IMG/VR virus record: IMGVR_UViG_3300045988_133395
Source of the DNA: a virus
DNA: 64,000 bases
Direction: 5' to 3' (one strand)
A program made the position numbers and the translations under genes. Of this stretch, positions 38,561-50,110 are shown one piece after another (within the stretch, counting starts at the first letter, position 1; every line of letters starts with the position of its first letter). The notes beneath the pieces are model-generated. The model was given only the letters and a program-made list of their open reading frames with translations. It was not told where the DNA came from and made no database searches.

Positions 38561-39663
38561 AATAAAATCCTTTCTTTAAATAATGTGAGAAATTTTTCAG
38601 AGCCTTCGTCTATTGGACTTGCTTTATATCCAGTAATCATATTTTTATCAAATATAAAGCTAATATTTACATCATTCTTATATTTATCATTAATTCTTGT
38701 AAGATTTCTTGTTAAGTGTTTAAATTCTTTATCTCCAATTTCTTGAAACTGTCTATCAAAGGCAATAATAATTTCTTTTGCTCCAGCATCTTTCAATAAT
38801 TGAATTTGCCTTGTGGATAAACTTGAACCGCAACAAGCAACTGAAATATTATTATCCCAACCAAAATAACTTGCATACATCAATACAGATTTTTCAGATT
38901 CAAAAACAATGGCTTTTCCCATTGTTTTAATATTATCTTTGCTCCAATTTAAACCATATAAATTCATTCCAAGAGGATGATTATATAATAATTTATTAAT
39001 TCGCATAGGTCTATATTTTCCATATATCTCAGCCTCATCCGCAATTAAAGTTCGACCTCTTAAACCAATAAATCTACCATTAACATCGAAATGTGGAATT
39101 GTAATTTGGTCTGCTCCTGGATAATAACCTATCTGAGCAAGTTTCATAACTTCATTAGTTATTCCCTCTTTTATCCAAGGCATAATAAGAACATTATAAT
39201 TAAATCGTGTTAAAATATCTGTATTAAATTCTTTTAATTCTATCTTATTTTCTCTTAATTCTATTTCTTTTATTTTTTCATAATTTGCTAAAAGTTTCCA
39301 ATCTTCAATTTTATCATCAGATTCAGAACCATCTTCATTTTTTCCTGCGATACCGAATCTTCTTGCAACCCAACGTACCGCATCATTTAAGTCATATTCT
39401 TCTGACCATTGAATTTTAGCAACTTTTCTGGTTAATTCAAAAATATCAAAATAACTATCACAACCAGTATAACATCTAAATAAACCTGAATTATTATAAT
39501 AATACAGTTTACGACTTCCTTCTCCTGGTTCATTATGACATATAGTAGAAGAGAGGATTCCAAAGCCAGTATACTCTGGGTCTCCTCCCCACTCTTGCAA
39601 TAACTCAAATATATTTTCTAATTCTAAGACTTCTCTAATTTCACTCTTATCATAATTAATCAT
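38557..39663 (-). CDS. DnaG-like DNA primase (zinc finger + TOPRIM)
   Basis: CHC2-type zinc finger CHNEPGEGSRKLYYYNNSGLFRCYTGC; TOPRIM-like EIIIAFDRQ. Confidence 0.65.
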   Translation of the reverse strand: MINYDKSEIREVLELENIFELLQEWGGDPEYTGFGILSSTICHNEPGEGSRKLYYYNNSGLFRCYTGCDSYFDIFELTRKVAKIQWSEEYDLNDAVRWVARRFGIAGKNEDGSESDDKIEDWKLLANYEKIKEIELRENKIELKEFNTDILTRFNYNVLIMPWIKEGITNEVMKLAQIGYYPGADQITIPHFDVNGRFIGLRGRTLIADEAEIYGKYRPMRINKLLYNHPLGMNLYGLNWSKDNIKTMGKAIVFESEKSVLMYASYFGWDNNISVACCGSSLSTRQIQLLKDAGAKEIIIAFDRQFQEIGDKEFKHLTRNLTRINDKYKNDVNISFIFDKNMITGYKASPIDEGSEKFLTLFKERILL

Positions 39664-39819
39664 TTACTTTTCACTTTCTGGCCAAAAGAATGTTAAATCT
39701 GTTATTGCGGTCAAATCTATTCCAGTTTGTTCTTCAAACTCTTTCATTGGACCAGTTATCTTATATTCGTCTGCTGACAGAGTTAATTTTCTGCCAGCAA
39801 CGAATTTATCCTGTTCCAT
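39664..39819 (-). CDS. possible small ORF (51 aa) below track threshold
   Basis: MEQDKFVAGRKLTLSADEYKITGPMKEFEEQTGIDLTAITDLTFFWPESEK; stop abuts primase start. Confidence 0.25.
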   Translation of the reverse strand: MEQDKFVAGRKLTLSADEYKITGPMKEFEEQTGIDLTAITDLTFFWPESEK

Positions 39820-39856
39820 AAGTCAAAGAATTGTTATTTCTTGCTTATCCATAATA

Positions 39857-40159
39857 TTAACCTGGAATAACTCTTACGCAAGTTCCAAGTAATCCGAACT
39901 GCTCATTTACCCAATTGCAAAGATATACCTGAGCCTCACCACCATCTTTCTTACACTCTTTAAGAATGTCCTCATACATAGGAATAGGCATTTTATATTC
40001 AAACTGCATACCAGCTCTGATTTCTTTTGGAGCTACATACTGACGAGCAACTTTTGCTACTCTACTTTCTTTCTTCTTAGTTTTCTTCTTTGTAAAATTG
40101 TTTACCTTATAATTTTTCTTGCTGTAAGTTTTTTCACTCTTCATCATCGTCCCAAGCAC
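39857..40159 (-). CDS. hypothetical protein
   Basis: 100-aa ORF overlapping helicase gene end. Confidence 0.4.
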   Translation of the reverse strand: MLGTMMKSEKTYSKKNYKVNNFTKKKTKKKESRVAKVARQYVAPKEIRAGMQFEYKMPIPMYEDILKECKKDGGEAQVYLCNWVNEQFGLLGTCVRVIPG

Positions 40160-41693
40160 CTTTCTCTACAATAATTTTTATATCATCCATGTTAATAAGT
40201 TCATAATCATATGTAGTACAGAACATAGGCTGGATTCTACAAGTACCTAAATCTGCTTTACACCACATAATAATTCCTTTATATCTACCACGTCTATTCT
40301 TGTAAACAGACATTTTAATAGTAGGCTTTTCAAAAATATTTGAAGAAAGAATTGAATCAAGAGCATCAATATCTTCTTCTTTAACACTTAATAAAATTGA
40401 ACCATAGTCAATCTTATCAGCAATAGATTTTGCACCACGAAGTAAATTCTGGTCAGGAGTTTTAGCTTCTTGATAGTCTCCATTTAATTGCGTTGCAGAC
40501 ATAATAAAGACTCCATACTGATTACAAATATCTTTTAATTTATTTGATAACATAAATAAGATATTATCTTCACGAAGTTTAACTCCGCCACTTCTTTTTG
40601 TGATTTCTTCCAAAATTTTCAAACTGGTGTGAATATAATCGTGAAAAATATACTTAACATCATGGTCACGAATATTTTTCTTAATTACATTCTCAACATC
40701 TTTCAATGAAAAATCTGGTAATTCTTCTACATATAATGGACTACTTTCAAGAATCTCTCCAGCTTTAATGACTCGCTCTTCTTCATCGCCCTCATATTCA
40801 CCATTAATGATATGCTCTTCATTTACATTAGAAAGAAAAGCTAACATCATTGTTTGGATTTCTTCAAGTTCCTGCTCTGTTGTAATAAACAAAGTTGGTT
40901 CAGATGTACCATTCTTAATCCATCCAAAAGACTCATCATATATCTTATTACAAGCTATATTACAAGCGTCCGCAATCATTGAACGAGTCTTTCCTATACC
41001 AGTTGCCGCAGAACGTAAGTAAAACTTCTTTAATCTTGCTCCACGAGTAACGGTATTTACTAACCTTCCATAAAGAGGTACTCCTACTTCTGGATGGTCT
41101 TTAAATTTCTGAATTAATTGTAAAACACCTTTTCCAGCTTGAATAGCTTCTCCAGTAGTATCGTCAACATATTTTAAACGAATATCACTTATCTTGCGGT
41201 CAACCCTATCCGCAATTTCCTCTAAAGAAGAATTATCTAACAAATCTTCTTGAAGTTGTTTCTTTTTTATATCTAAGATATTATCTGGGTCATAGATATC
41301 AGAAACATCTACTCCATAATTATCATACGCTCTTAATAATGTCATCTTTTTTAATCTATTATAATAGAAATCAAAAGATAACTGAGATGCAACATCAGCT
41401 ACTTTTAATAGCCATTTATTGCCATCATTTTTTTTATATATTGCCGCAGATTTTGGTCTTGAACTTAAAAAATCCGCTAAGTTTTCTAACGTAATAGTTT
41501 TTGCTCCAAGTTCATAAACCTTATAAATAGCACCAAATACAGTTCTATGAAATTCATCTGGAAAATCTTCATCTGTAATAGTATATTTATCTTCAAACTC
41601 CAAAATCTGAGGATTATTATAAACACATCCAATTACCTGCATTATTGCAGTCACATCGACATACTTACTCGCCACTCTCAGCTTCCTCCTCAT
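40134..41693 (-). CDS. DnaB-like replicative DNA helicase
   Basis: N-terminal DnaB-like helical domain, RecA-fold with ATGIGKTRSM Walker A and IFHDYIH Walker B region. Confidence 0.6.
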   Translation of the reverse strand: MRRKLRVASKYVDVTAIMQVIGCVYNNPQILEFEDKYTITDEDFPDEFHRTVFGAIYKVYELGAKTITLENLADFLSSRPKSAAIYKKNDGNKWLLKVADVASQLSFDFYYNRLKKMTLLRAYDNYGVDVSDIYDPDNILDIKKKQLQEDLLDNSSLEEIADRVDRKISDIRLKYVDDTTGEAIQAGKGVLQLIQKFKDHPEVGVPLYGRLVNTVTRGARLKKFYLRSAATGIGKTRSMIADACNIACNKIYDESFGWIKNGTSEPTLFITTEQELEEIQTMMLAFLSNVNEEHIINGEYEGDEEERVIKAGEILESSPLYVEELPDFSLKDVENVIKKNIRDHDVKYIFHDYIHTSLKILEEITKRSGGVKLREDNILFMLSNKLKDICNQYGVFIMSATQLNGDYQEAKTPDQNLLRGAKSIADKIDYGSILLSVKEEDIDALDSILSSNIFEKPTIKMSVYKNRRGRYKGIIMWCKADLGTCRIQPMFCTTYDYELINMDDIKIIVEKGAWDDDEE

Positions 41694-42192
41694 CTAAAAA
41701 TGCAAATAATCTCCGTTTTCTCAAATTCCTTTTTGGGGGTTCGATTTTTATAACTTTTTCCTTTGAAACAAACTCTTGAACATCTTTATCTTGATTTTTT
41801 TGATTCGCTTCCCAAATGGAATAATAATAATTAAAAGCATCTTTATAAACATAAGGAACGATACCTATGCCGCCATTTGCCTTTTCTGTAGAATTACCTT
41901 TTATCTCATAAAAATAAACTAAAGCTTTTCTAATTCCTGAATAAGTATATTGGTATTGTTCAATGTATGTATTTATTTGTTTTCTAACTCTTGGAGTTAT
42001 AAAGTCATCGCCCAACAATTTAATGATATATTCTTCTAAAGCTATTTTATCAGCTTCTTCTTGTTTTAATCGACTTTGCTCTTTACTTGCACATTCAGTA
42101 TGAGCGTATCTTCTTGGTGAGACTTGAACAAAAGAATATTTATCTCTATCAAACGTTTGATGACAATATATACATTTTACTTTATGTGCCAA
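41665..42192 (-). CDS. hypothetical zinc-finger protein
   Basis: 175 aa, CIYCHQTF...YAHTEC. Confidence 0.4.
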   Translation of the reverse strand: MAHKVKCIYCHQTFDRDKYSFVQVSPRRYAHTECASKEQSRLKQEEADKIALEEYIIKLLGDDFITPRVRKQINTYIEQYQYTYSGIRKALVYFYEIKGNSTEKANGGIGIVPYVYKDAFNYYYSIWEANQKNQDKDVQEFVSKEKVIKIEPPKRNLRKRRLFAFLDEEEAESGE

Positions 42193-42295
42193 ATATTCTT
42201 ACTCCTTTCTCCCAATCTATAATAATATTATATCATTTTTCAATAAAAAAGTCAATCCAAGGATATAACTTGGATTGACTTTAAGATTATATATC

Positions 42296-43273
42296 TTAGC
42301 TATGCATTAATTCATCTTCAATCTCAGTTACAATTAAATTAATCATCTCAACTTGCTCTGGAGTTGCATCCGCAATTTTACGGCCTTTACCAAGATATTT
42401 CTCAATAATCTTTGTAATCTTAGGTCCGTTAGCCTCAGAAGTTTGCATTAAATTGCCAACTAACTCCTGGAACTTATTCATTAATGCATCATAATTTAAT
42501 TCCTCTTTCTCAACAGGTTTTTCACGTTCATTTGTAACATACTGATTACCATGCTCAAGAGCTTCTTTATCAATAGCTTTATGAATCTCCTCTACAAGAT
42601 TATCATAACTCATTGGAAATTCACTTGCGATATATTTAAAACGACCACCACAACTAATAGAATCATCTGGGCAACGAAGTGTTAATACAGACATTTCATT
42701 TTTATTAGACTGATGAGCATATCCATAAATATCAGCCATACCTTCAATAACCTGTCTTGTTGAATTACTAAGTGCAGGACGAATTACAATTCTCTCTGTT
42801 CCATCATCATTTGTAATTGTCTGCTCTTTGTGGTGACCGATGAAAAATACTGCGTATCCTAACTGAGTTAAACCTCTAAATACGTCATTAAATTCATCTT
42901 TAAAAGCAGTCCAACCTTTTCCATATCCAAGGTCTCCAAGAGCCTCAATACCTTTTTGCTGACAAATATATTTCTGACAAAAATCAGAAGCAATATCAAT
43001 AGTATCAACAACTACGGCATCAAAATTAGCCTTAACTTCTGGCTTTTTAAGCTCTCTCATAACCTGTTTCATATCTCCCCAAGAGGTAACATCCTGAGCG
43101 ATTACACCAGGCAATGCATTATATCCACGTTCAAAAGCGAGTAAAAGTGTTTTTGGCATCTGAACTGCTAAAGTTGTTTTTCCTGTTTTAGGAGCCCCAT
43201 AGATATAAGTGATATATCCACTTAAATCTTTACTAACCTTATGTGGCTCAATATTTAATAAATTAATTCCCAT
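42296..43273 (-). CDS. AAA_24/Sak4-like RecA-superfamily ATPase (start probably MGINLLN with GAAGGAG RBS)
   Basis: ITYIYGAPKTGKTTLA Walker A, VVVDTID Walker B; track ORF extends to 43315 without RBS. Confidence 0.6.
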   Translation of the reverse strand: MGINLLNIEPHKVSKDLSGYITYIYGAPKTGKTTLAVQMPKTLLLAFERGYNALPGVIAQDVTSWGDMKQVMRELKKPEVKANFDAVVVDTIDIASDFCQKYICQQKGIEALGDLGYGKGWTAFKDEFNDVFRGLTQLGYAVFFIGHHKEQTITNDDGTERIVIRPALSNSTRQVIEGMADIYGYAHQSNKNEMSVLTLRCPDDSISCGGRFKYIASEFPMSYDNLVEEIHKAIDKEALEHGNQYVTNEREKPVEKEELNYDALMNKFQELVGNLMQTSEANGPKITKIIEKYLGKGRKIADATPEQVEMINLIVTEIEDELMHS

Positions 43274-43323
43274 TCTTTTCTCCTTCTTGCGGCATTGGCA
43301 TCCGACCACCCGCAATTTTTATT

Positions 43324-43497
43324 TTAATCAATTCTTACAACATCTTTTAAAATTTCACAATTAGGATTTGCACTGTCACCATTATAAAATTCATTTTGTA
43401 TATAAATATCTTCTTTTGATATAATTCCCATATCATTTACTACAATCGCATCTTTTGGATACGATTGTAGTAAAATAATTAATTCAGAAACTGTCAT
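43324..43497 (-). CDS. possible small ORF (57 aa) below track threshold
   Basis: MTVSELIILLQSYPKDAIVVNDMGIISKEDIYIQNEFYNGDSANPNCEILKDVVRID; ATG overlaps upstream stop (TAATG). Confidence 0.3.
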   Translation of the reverse strand: MTVSELIILLQSYPKDAIVVNDMGIISKEDIYIQNEFYNGDSANPNCEILKDVVRID

Positions 43498-44444
43498 TAG
43501 AAGTTAAATGCGCCGCCGCCCTTTGCAGGAGTTGCAGAAGTTGGAGCAGCTGCCTGTCCTTTAGAAGCTTTATACTCATCCTGACGTTTCTTTACATCAG
43601 CAAGATAAACTTCTCTGTTTGCAAGAGCCTCAGTCAGCTCTGCCGCAGTAATTGTGCTTGCATCATCCCATACGTATGGATCTGGAAGAGCCCAAGTGAT
43701 AACCCAATCTTTTCTATTAGACTGAACTGTTCTTACATAAGGCTCACCAAATGCAGACTCTTCAGTAATTGTACGAGTAATTACTTCAGATACCTGACGA
43801 CCTTTTACTTTTGTAAATACAGGTTCTTTTGCAGATGCGCCAAGTCCCTCAAAATAAGAGATAGCTCCTGGATTAATTGCTGAAAATTCAACAGGAAGAA
43901 CCGCACCTCTGAAGTCGAAAATCGCACCTTTGATAATAGCTTTCTCAGGAGTATTCTGCTCTTCATTTGCATCAATAGTTCTTACATTTGTAATAAGAAT
44001 ATCAGCTTCAAAAGTATTTCTCATTTTCTCATCTTCGTTCAAATCAACACAAGTATGAACGAATCCACCCTCATTTCTTTTAACAGAAACAAGCTTCTCT
44101 TCACCGTTTTTATCAGAATAAAACTCATTTAAACCAACTGCAGAATCAACACGAACTTTTGCGGCATTCTCTTTACCATGTTCCATTACAGAACCAAGTT
44201 CTCCATTAATAATCTGATTAAGAATACCAAATGTTGCATTTGTATTTCCTTTTGCAGTTGTTGCTGTTACATATGTAAAATGAACAGGTACAATATTTGT
44301 CATATCATTATCAGTGGCAATACTAAGATTACCCATGATAAATTTAGTTCCTGGATGTTTTGAATTTGCGCCAGACTCTCTTAACTGTAAGTCATGCTCA
44401 TAAATAAACCCTTCCAAATGTGTACGATTCACCATACTCTTCAT
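43497..44444 (-). CDS. putative single-stranded DNA-binding protein
   Basis: 315 aa; OB-fold-like N-terminus, disordered Ala/Pro/Gly tail ending GGGAFNF (SSB-like C-terminal aromatic tip); next to Sak4-like gene. Confidence 0.4.
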   Translation of the reverse strand: MKSMVNRTHLEGFIYEHDLQLRESGANSKHPGTKFIMGNLSIATDNDMTNIVPVHFTYVTATTAKGNTNATFGILNQIINGELGSVMEHGKENAAKVRVDSAVGLNEFYSDKNGEEKLVSVKRNEGGFVHTCVDLNEDEKMRNTFEADILITNVRTIDANEEQNTPEKAIIKGAIFDFRGAVLPVEFSAINPGAISYFEGLGASAKEPVFTKVKGRQVSEVITRTITEESAFGEPYVRTVQSNRKDWVITWALPDPYVWDDASTITAAELTEALANREVYLADVKKRQDEYKASKGQAAAPTSATPAKGGGAFNF

Positions 44445-44486
44445 ATTATTCTATTCTCCTTAATTATATTTATTCTTTTTATTTAA

Positions 44487-44870
44487 TTAGTCATTAATAT
44501 TAACTGTTTTTCCATTATCTGTTAAAGCATAGACAACTGGGTCTGACCCAATCTTCTCAACATAGCCATCTTTAACAAGCTTCTGAATTGCACCAGATAC
44601 AGTTCTTGAAGAAACAAACATTCCTTCAGCAATATCTTTTGCTTTACCCATTGGCATATCAGAAACATGCTCCTGCATATATTTTAAAATCATCTTTCCA
44701 TTATCAGTAAATAATGGTTTATCAGAAGTACCTTTTCCTTTAAAAGCCTCCCAATAAGCAATTACATCTGGGTCAACATCTGCCATATCTAAATCTGCAA
44801 ATAATGAATCTATACATTCAATAAATTTTTCTTTTTTACTCATTCTTTTTAACTCGCTTTCATCTTTCAT
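44487..44870 (-). CDS. winged-helix (MarR-like) DNA-binding protein
   Basis: ISSRTVSGAIQKLVKDGYVEKIG helix-turn-helix + wing. Confidence 0.45.
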   Translation of the reverse strand: MKDESELKRMSKKEKFIECIDSLFADLDMADVDPDVIAYWEAFKGKGTSDKPLFTDNGKMILKYMQEHVSDMPMGKAKDIAEGMFVSSRTVSGAIQKLVKDGYVEKIGSDPVVYALTDNGKTVNIND

Positions 44871-44881
44871 CTTATAAGTAT

Positions 44882-44910
44882 ATTATAACATTTTTTTAAA
44901 TAAAAATCAA
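44882..44910 (-). promoter_or_regulatory. sigmaA-type promoter TTGATT-17-TATAAT (minus strand)
   Basis: Reverse complement reads TTGATTtttatttaaaaaaatgtTATAAT upstream of 44487..44870. Confidence 0.5.
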
Positions 44911-44917
44911 TACTGTT

Positions 44918-45814
44918 TTACTTACTTTCTGTTGTATTGTTATCTATAAAGATAAAATCGTCAGAATAAGGTAAAGAATGAGCAAATTTAATAAAACTTT
45001 CATTGATAAACTCTTCGCCATCTCCAGACCATTCTGTAAGTTTATGATGACCTCTCTGATGAACCATAGCCAAAACGTTTTCATAGTTCATTGTGACAGT
45101 TCTTGTCTGAAGCCAAGACTCTGGTAACCAACGAACGAGTTCTTTCCAATAGCGTTTATCTTTAGTTTGTAAATAAGCAAGTCTAAGCTCTTCTAATCTA
45201 TCAATAATGTCATCAACAAACATATCCATATGCCAGTGGTCAGTAAAACCATTTTCTCCAGCAAGAGATTGGTCTGTAAAATCGACAGATAAATCTTGGT
45301 CATAATCATCAATTTCAAAACAATCTTTTGTGATTGGCTTGCTCGTAAGTTTATGCATTGTAGAAGTAGAATTAGCTGTAGTACCTACTTTATAAGTATC
45401 AAATTCCTTCCACCAGAAAAGTGGGGCTGTAATGTCAACCGTTACCATAATTTGTCTTAAAAATTTTCTATGCTCGGAACCGCCATGAATAAGAGCTTTA
45501 GCAAGCTTCATATCATTTGGACCAATAAAAGCGACATTAGCTAACTGATGGTCAAAATTAATTTCAAGAATACCATTGTTTAAAAGCCATCTATCATATT
45601 CCTCTTGAGCCATAAGAGCCTCATTATCTGCATCAGATTGATAATTAGGAAACTTTTTCTGAACCCACTCTTCAGCAACCTCATAATCGTGCTCATCATC
45701 GTCTATATTAATAAGCCCAAAATAACTATCGCTTAAATTCCAAGAATTTTTTGGATTTCTCATTCCTCTTAAAGCATTTTCAAAATTATAAACTTTTATA
45801 TTTTCAAATTTCAT
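44918..45814 (-). CDS. ThyX-family (flavin-dependent thymidylate synthase-like) protein, divergent
   Basis: Aligns to ThyX along length ([25 protein letters not shown] ~ [43 protein letters not shown] ~ ANARSLMNFLELRLDKHAQWE) but RHR-x7-S motif replaced by TYK...STMH. Confidence 0.5.
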   Translation of the reverse strand: [298 protein letters not shown]

Positions 45815-45817
45815 TCT

Positions 45818-46141
45818 TTATTTACCTCTGGTTTTTGTATCATAACTAATTGAATATGGTTTCATATCTTCTGCTTTAATTGATAAATTTCCAGTAGTAG
45901 TTGTTACTGTTGGCGTACTAATTTTAGCATTATTAGTAACATCTGGATTATTTAATAAAGTTACATTACCGTTTGTTGCAGTAGTCCAATAGTAAGGATT
46001 TGGACGATTAGGATAAGTTGGTATAGGTCTATTTCCCTCATTATAACCTTCCCAATAAGCTTCGTTTAAAAGTTCTTGAAGTTCTTTCTGCGTTAAAGTA
46101 ATATAGCCTTTTTGGTCAGTTGTAAATACTTTAATCTTCAT
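45818..46141 (-). CDS. hypothetical protein
   Basis: 107-aa ORF. Confidence 0.35.
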   Translation of the reverse strand: MKIKVFTTDQKGYITLTQKELQELLNEAYWEGYNEGNRPIPTYPNRPNPYYWTTATNGNVTLLNNPDVTNNAKISTPTVTTTTGNLSIKAEDMKPYSISYDTKTRGK

Positions 46142-46424
46142 TTGATACTGTAAATCCTTTCAACTTAAAATGATTCTTCATTAATATATAATAAGAAAAT
46201 TGTTCAATATTATCAACAAAGACCTCTTTAGCTGTATCAGATATATCTCCTGCGGTAAGGGCTTCTTGATAACTAATAAAATCAATGCCAGTTATTCCAT
46301 AAGAATAAGCTCTTTCTCTCATATCTTGCGGACACTGACAAATAATCGGAACACCGACTTCTTTTGCGAGTAAGAATAATCGAGAAGTTTTTCCTGTTCC
46401 TCGTCCATCAATAATTCTATACAT
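46131..46424 (-). CDS. small P-loop protein
   Basis: 97 aa, GRGTGKTS Walker A. Confidence 0.4.
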   Translation of the reverse strand: MYRIIDGRGTGKTSRLFLLAKEVGVPIICQCPQDMRERAYSYGITGIDFISYQEALTAGDISDTAKEVFVDNIEQFSYYILMKNHFKLKGFTVSNED

Positions 46425-46439
46425 AACAATTTTCTCCTT

Positions 46440-47432
46440 TTATTTTATACTATAACCGAATTCTTTTGCTTTAAAAAAATCTTGCCAATAATCTTCTCTA
46501 TCATTTAATTGAGATTTTGTACATTCTTCAATGATTTCAAATGAAAAATTTTCAACTCCAACAGCCTGCATAATAGGATAAAGTTTATTACGGGTCGGAG
46601 TATCTGCGCCCAATCCACGCTTAATATGCTGTTTCCAACGTTCAGCAATATTCGTACTCTGTCCGACATAACACATATTATTTTGTAAATTTGTAATTTT
46701 ATAAATGCCGCAATGAACGCCAGAACCAATTACTCTACCAATTAAATCAGTATAAGGCTTTTCATAATATGTTTTCCATATAACCTTATTAACAGGTTCA
46801 GGATTTCTGAAATGAGAAATAATTTTCCTTAATTCGCAAATTTCATCTAAATCATCTTGAGTTAAATTTAATTTATAAAAATCAGTTTTATTCTTATTCT
46901 CTTCATTGCGCTTATCATATGCAACTGCGGCCTCTACCTTATGCCGCAAATCTTCTAACTGAGATTCTTCAAATTGAATTTTTTCATTTAATTTCTTTAT
47001 CTTTTGGACATTTTCTTGCTCTTTGTCCAAATAATCCTGTACTAAATCTTTAGCCAATTCTTCATAACTATCTTCTAAACTATGTTTGGTGTCCATGAAA
47101 ATAGCATGAATTTCTTCTGTATCAGTATGAAATTTTTGTTTATAAAAATCAAGCATCTGTTGATAATATTTTTTCGCACTTTCTTCTGAAGTCTTATATT
47201 CTTTATCAACATCTTGTTTTAATTGTTTATATTCTTGCAATTTTTGTTCATATTGTTCTTTTAAGTAATCCGTTCTTTGCTCCATTGCTTGTAACTCAAA
47301 TTGAACGGCTTTATTCTTTTCAAGAATTTCTTTATCTTCCTCTTGAGTAACTTTGACTTTTGGTTGCATAAACAGATATACTAACCCAGCCCCCAATATA
47401 AGACAAAAAATTGCTATAATTACAGTAATCAT
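46440..47432 (-). CDS. membrane-anchored coiled-coil protein with C-terminal GIY-YIG nuclease domain
   Basis: N-terminal TM VIIAIFCLILGAGLVYLF, ~200-aa Glu/Lys/Gln heptad region, C-terminal CGIYKITNLQNNMCYVGQSTNIAERWKQH...E...GYS GIY-YIG core. Confidence 0.6.
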   Translation of the reverse strand: MITVIIAIFCLILGAGLVYLFMQPKVKVTQEEDKEILEKNKAVQFELQAMEQRTDYLKEQYEQKLQEYKQLKQDVDKEYKTSEESAKKYYQQMLDFYKQKFHTDTEEIHAIFMDTKHSLEDSYEELAKDLVQDYLDKEQENVQKIKKLNEKIQFEESQLEDLRHKVEAAVAYDKRNEENKNKTDFYKLNLTQDDLDEICELRKIISHFRNPEPVNKVIWKTYYEKPYTDLIGRVIGSGVHCGIYKITNLQNNMCYVGQSTNIAERWKQHIKRGLGADTPTRNKLYPIMQAVGVENFSFEIIEECTKSQLNDREDYWQDFFKAKEFGYSIK

Positions 47433-47435
47433 ATT

Positions 47436-47472
47436 TTGTTAAAAAAAGAGATAAGTATTACCTTATCTCTTT
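47436..47472 (-). terminator. rho-independent terminator
   Basis: aagagataag/ttatctctt hairpin + T-run on minus strand. Confidence 0.5.
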
Positions 47473-47498
47473 TAATTTATATTACAAAAATAATTTAA

Positions 47499-47774
47499 TT
47501 ACTCAGCTTCATCTTCAGCGTCTGGGTCGAAGCTCATGCCAGCTGGTGTAAGAGACAAGAACTTAACTGCCTTATGACTTCCGTCCTCAAGCTCAACTTC
47601 TGCAGGAGTACGAACTCCAAGACCTTTTCTCTGAATAGCGGAAGTAAAGATTCCATCTACACGTTTCTTCTCAATTCCGAGTGCCTCTGCTACATCTGCT
47701 GCTGTAACCTTTGCATCTCCGATAGTCTTTAAATACTCAAATACTTTACGTGAATTTTCTTTCATTTTTGCCAT
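47499..47774 (-). CDS. small DNA-binding-like protein (HTH), acidic tail
   Basis: 91 aa; VTAADVAEALGIEKKRV helix-turn-helix-like. Confidence 0.4.
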   Translation of the reverse strand: MAKMKENSRKVFEYLKTIGDAKVTAADVAEALGIEKKRVDGIFTSAIQRKGLGVRTPAEVELEDGSHKAVKFLSLTPAGMSFDPDAEDEAE

Positions 47775-47847
47775 AATAACAAATCTCCTTTAATTAAATA
47801 ATTTTATTGTTTGTGTAATTTTCTAAGCTCTCTTAGCTTATGTAATT

Positions 47848-47876
47848 ATTATATCAAAAAAATATTTTTAAGTCAA
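47848..47876 (-). promoter_or_regulatory. sigmaA-type promoter TTGACT-17-TATAAT (minus strand)
   Basis: Reverse complement TTGACTtaaaaatatttttttgaTATAAT; upstream of 47499..47774. Confidence 0.55.
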
Positions 47877-48067
47877 GAATTATTTTTTAAAATTTTTTGA
47901 ACCATCTCATCGACACGTTCTATTTCCTCTAATGAGGAGAGCTTACTGGATAAAGCAATTATTGTATCCATCGCATATTTTCTTTCCTTTTGATCAGTGG
48001 AATTCTGAATAGTTGATTCAGCTTTTGCGATTTGTTTAGCTAAATTCTTGATTTCTTTCTTATTCAT
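47873..48067 (-). CDS. hypothetical small protein
   Basis: 64-aa ORF. Confidence 0.4.
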   Translation of the reverse strand: MNKKEIKNLAKQIAKAESTIQNSTDQKERKYAMDTIIALSSKLSSLEEIERVDEMVQKILKNNS

Positions 48068-48101
48068 ATTTTTTTTCTATCCTTATCTTTATTACAATTT
48101 A

Positions 48102-50062
<1,961 letters not shown>

Positions 50063-50088
50063 TTATATATTCTCCTTTTGGAAAAGAT

Positions 50089-50110
50089 AAGTGGGAAATA
50101 AATCCCACTT
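50089..50110 (-). terminator. putative terminator hairpin
   Basis: aagtgggaaataaatcccactt hairpin between topo gene stop and ligA start. Confidence 0.35.
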
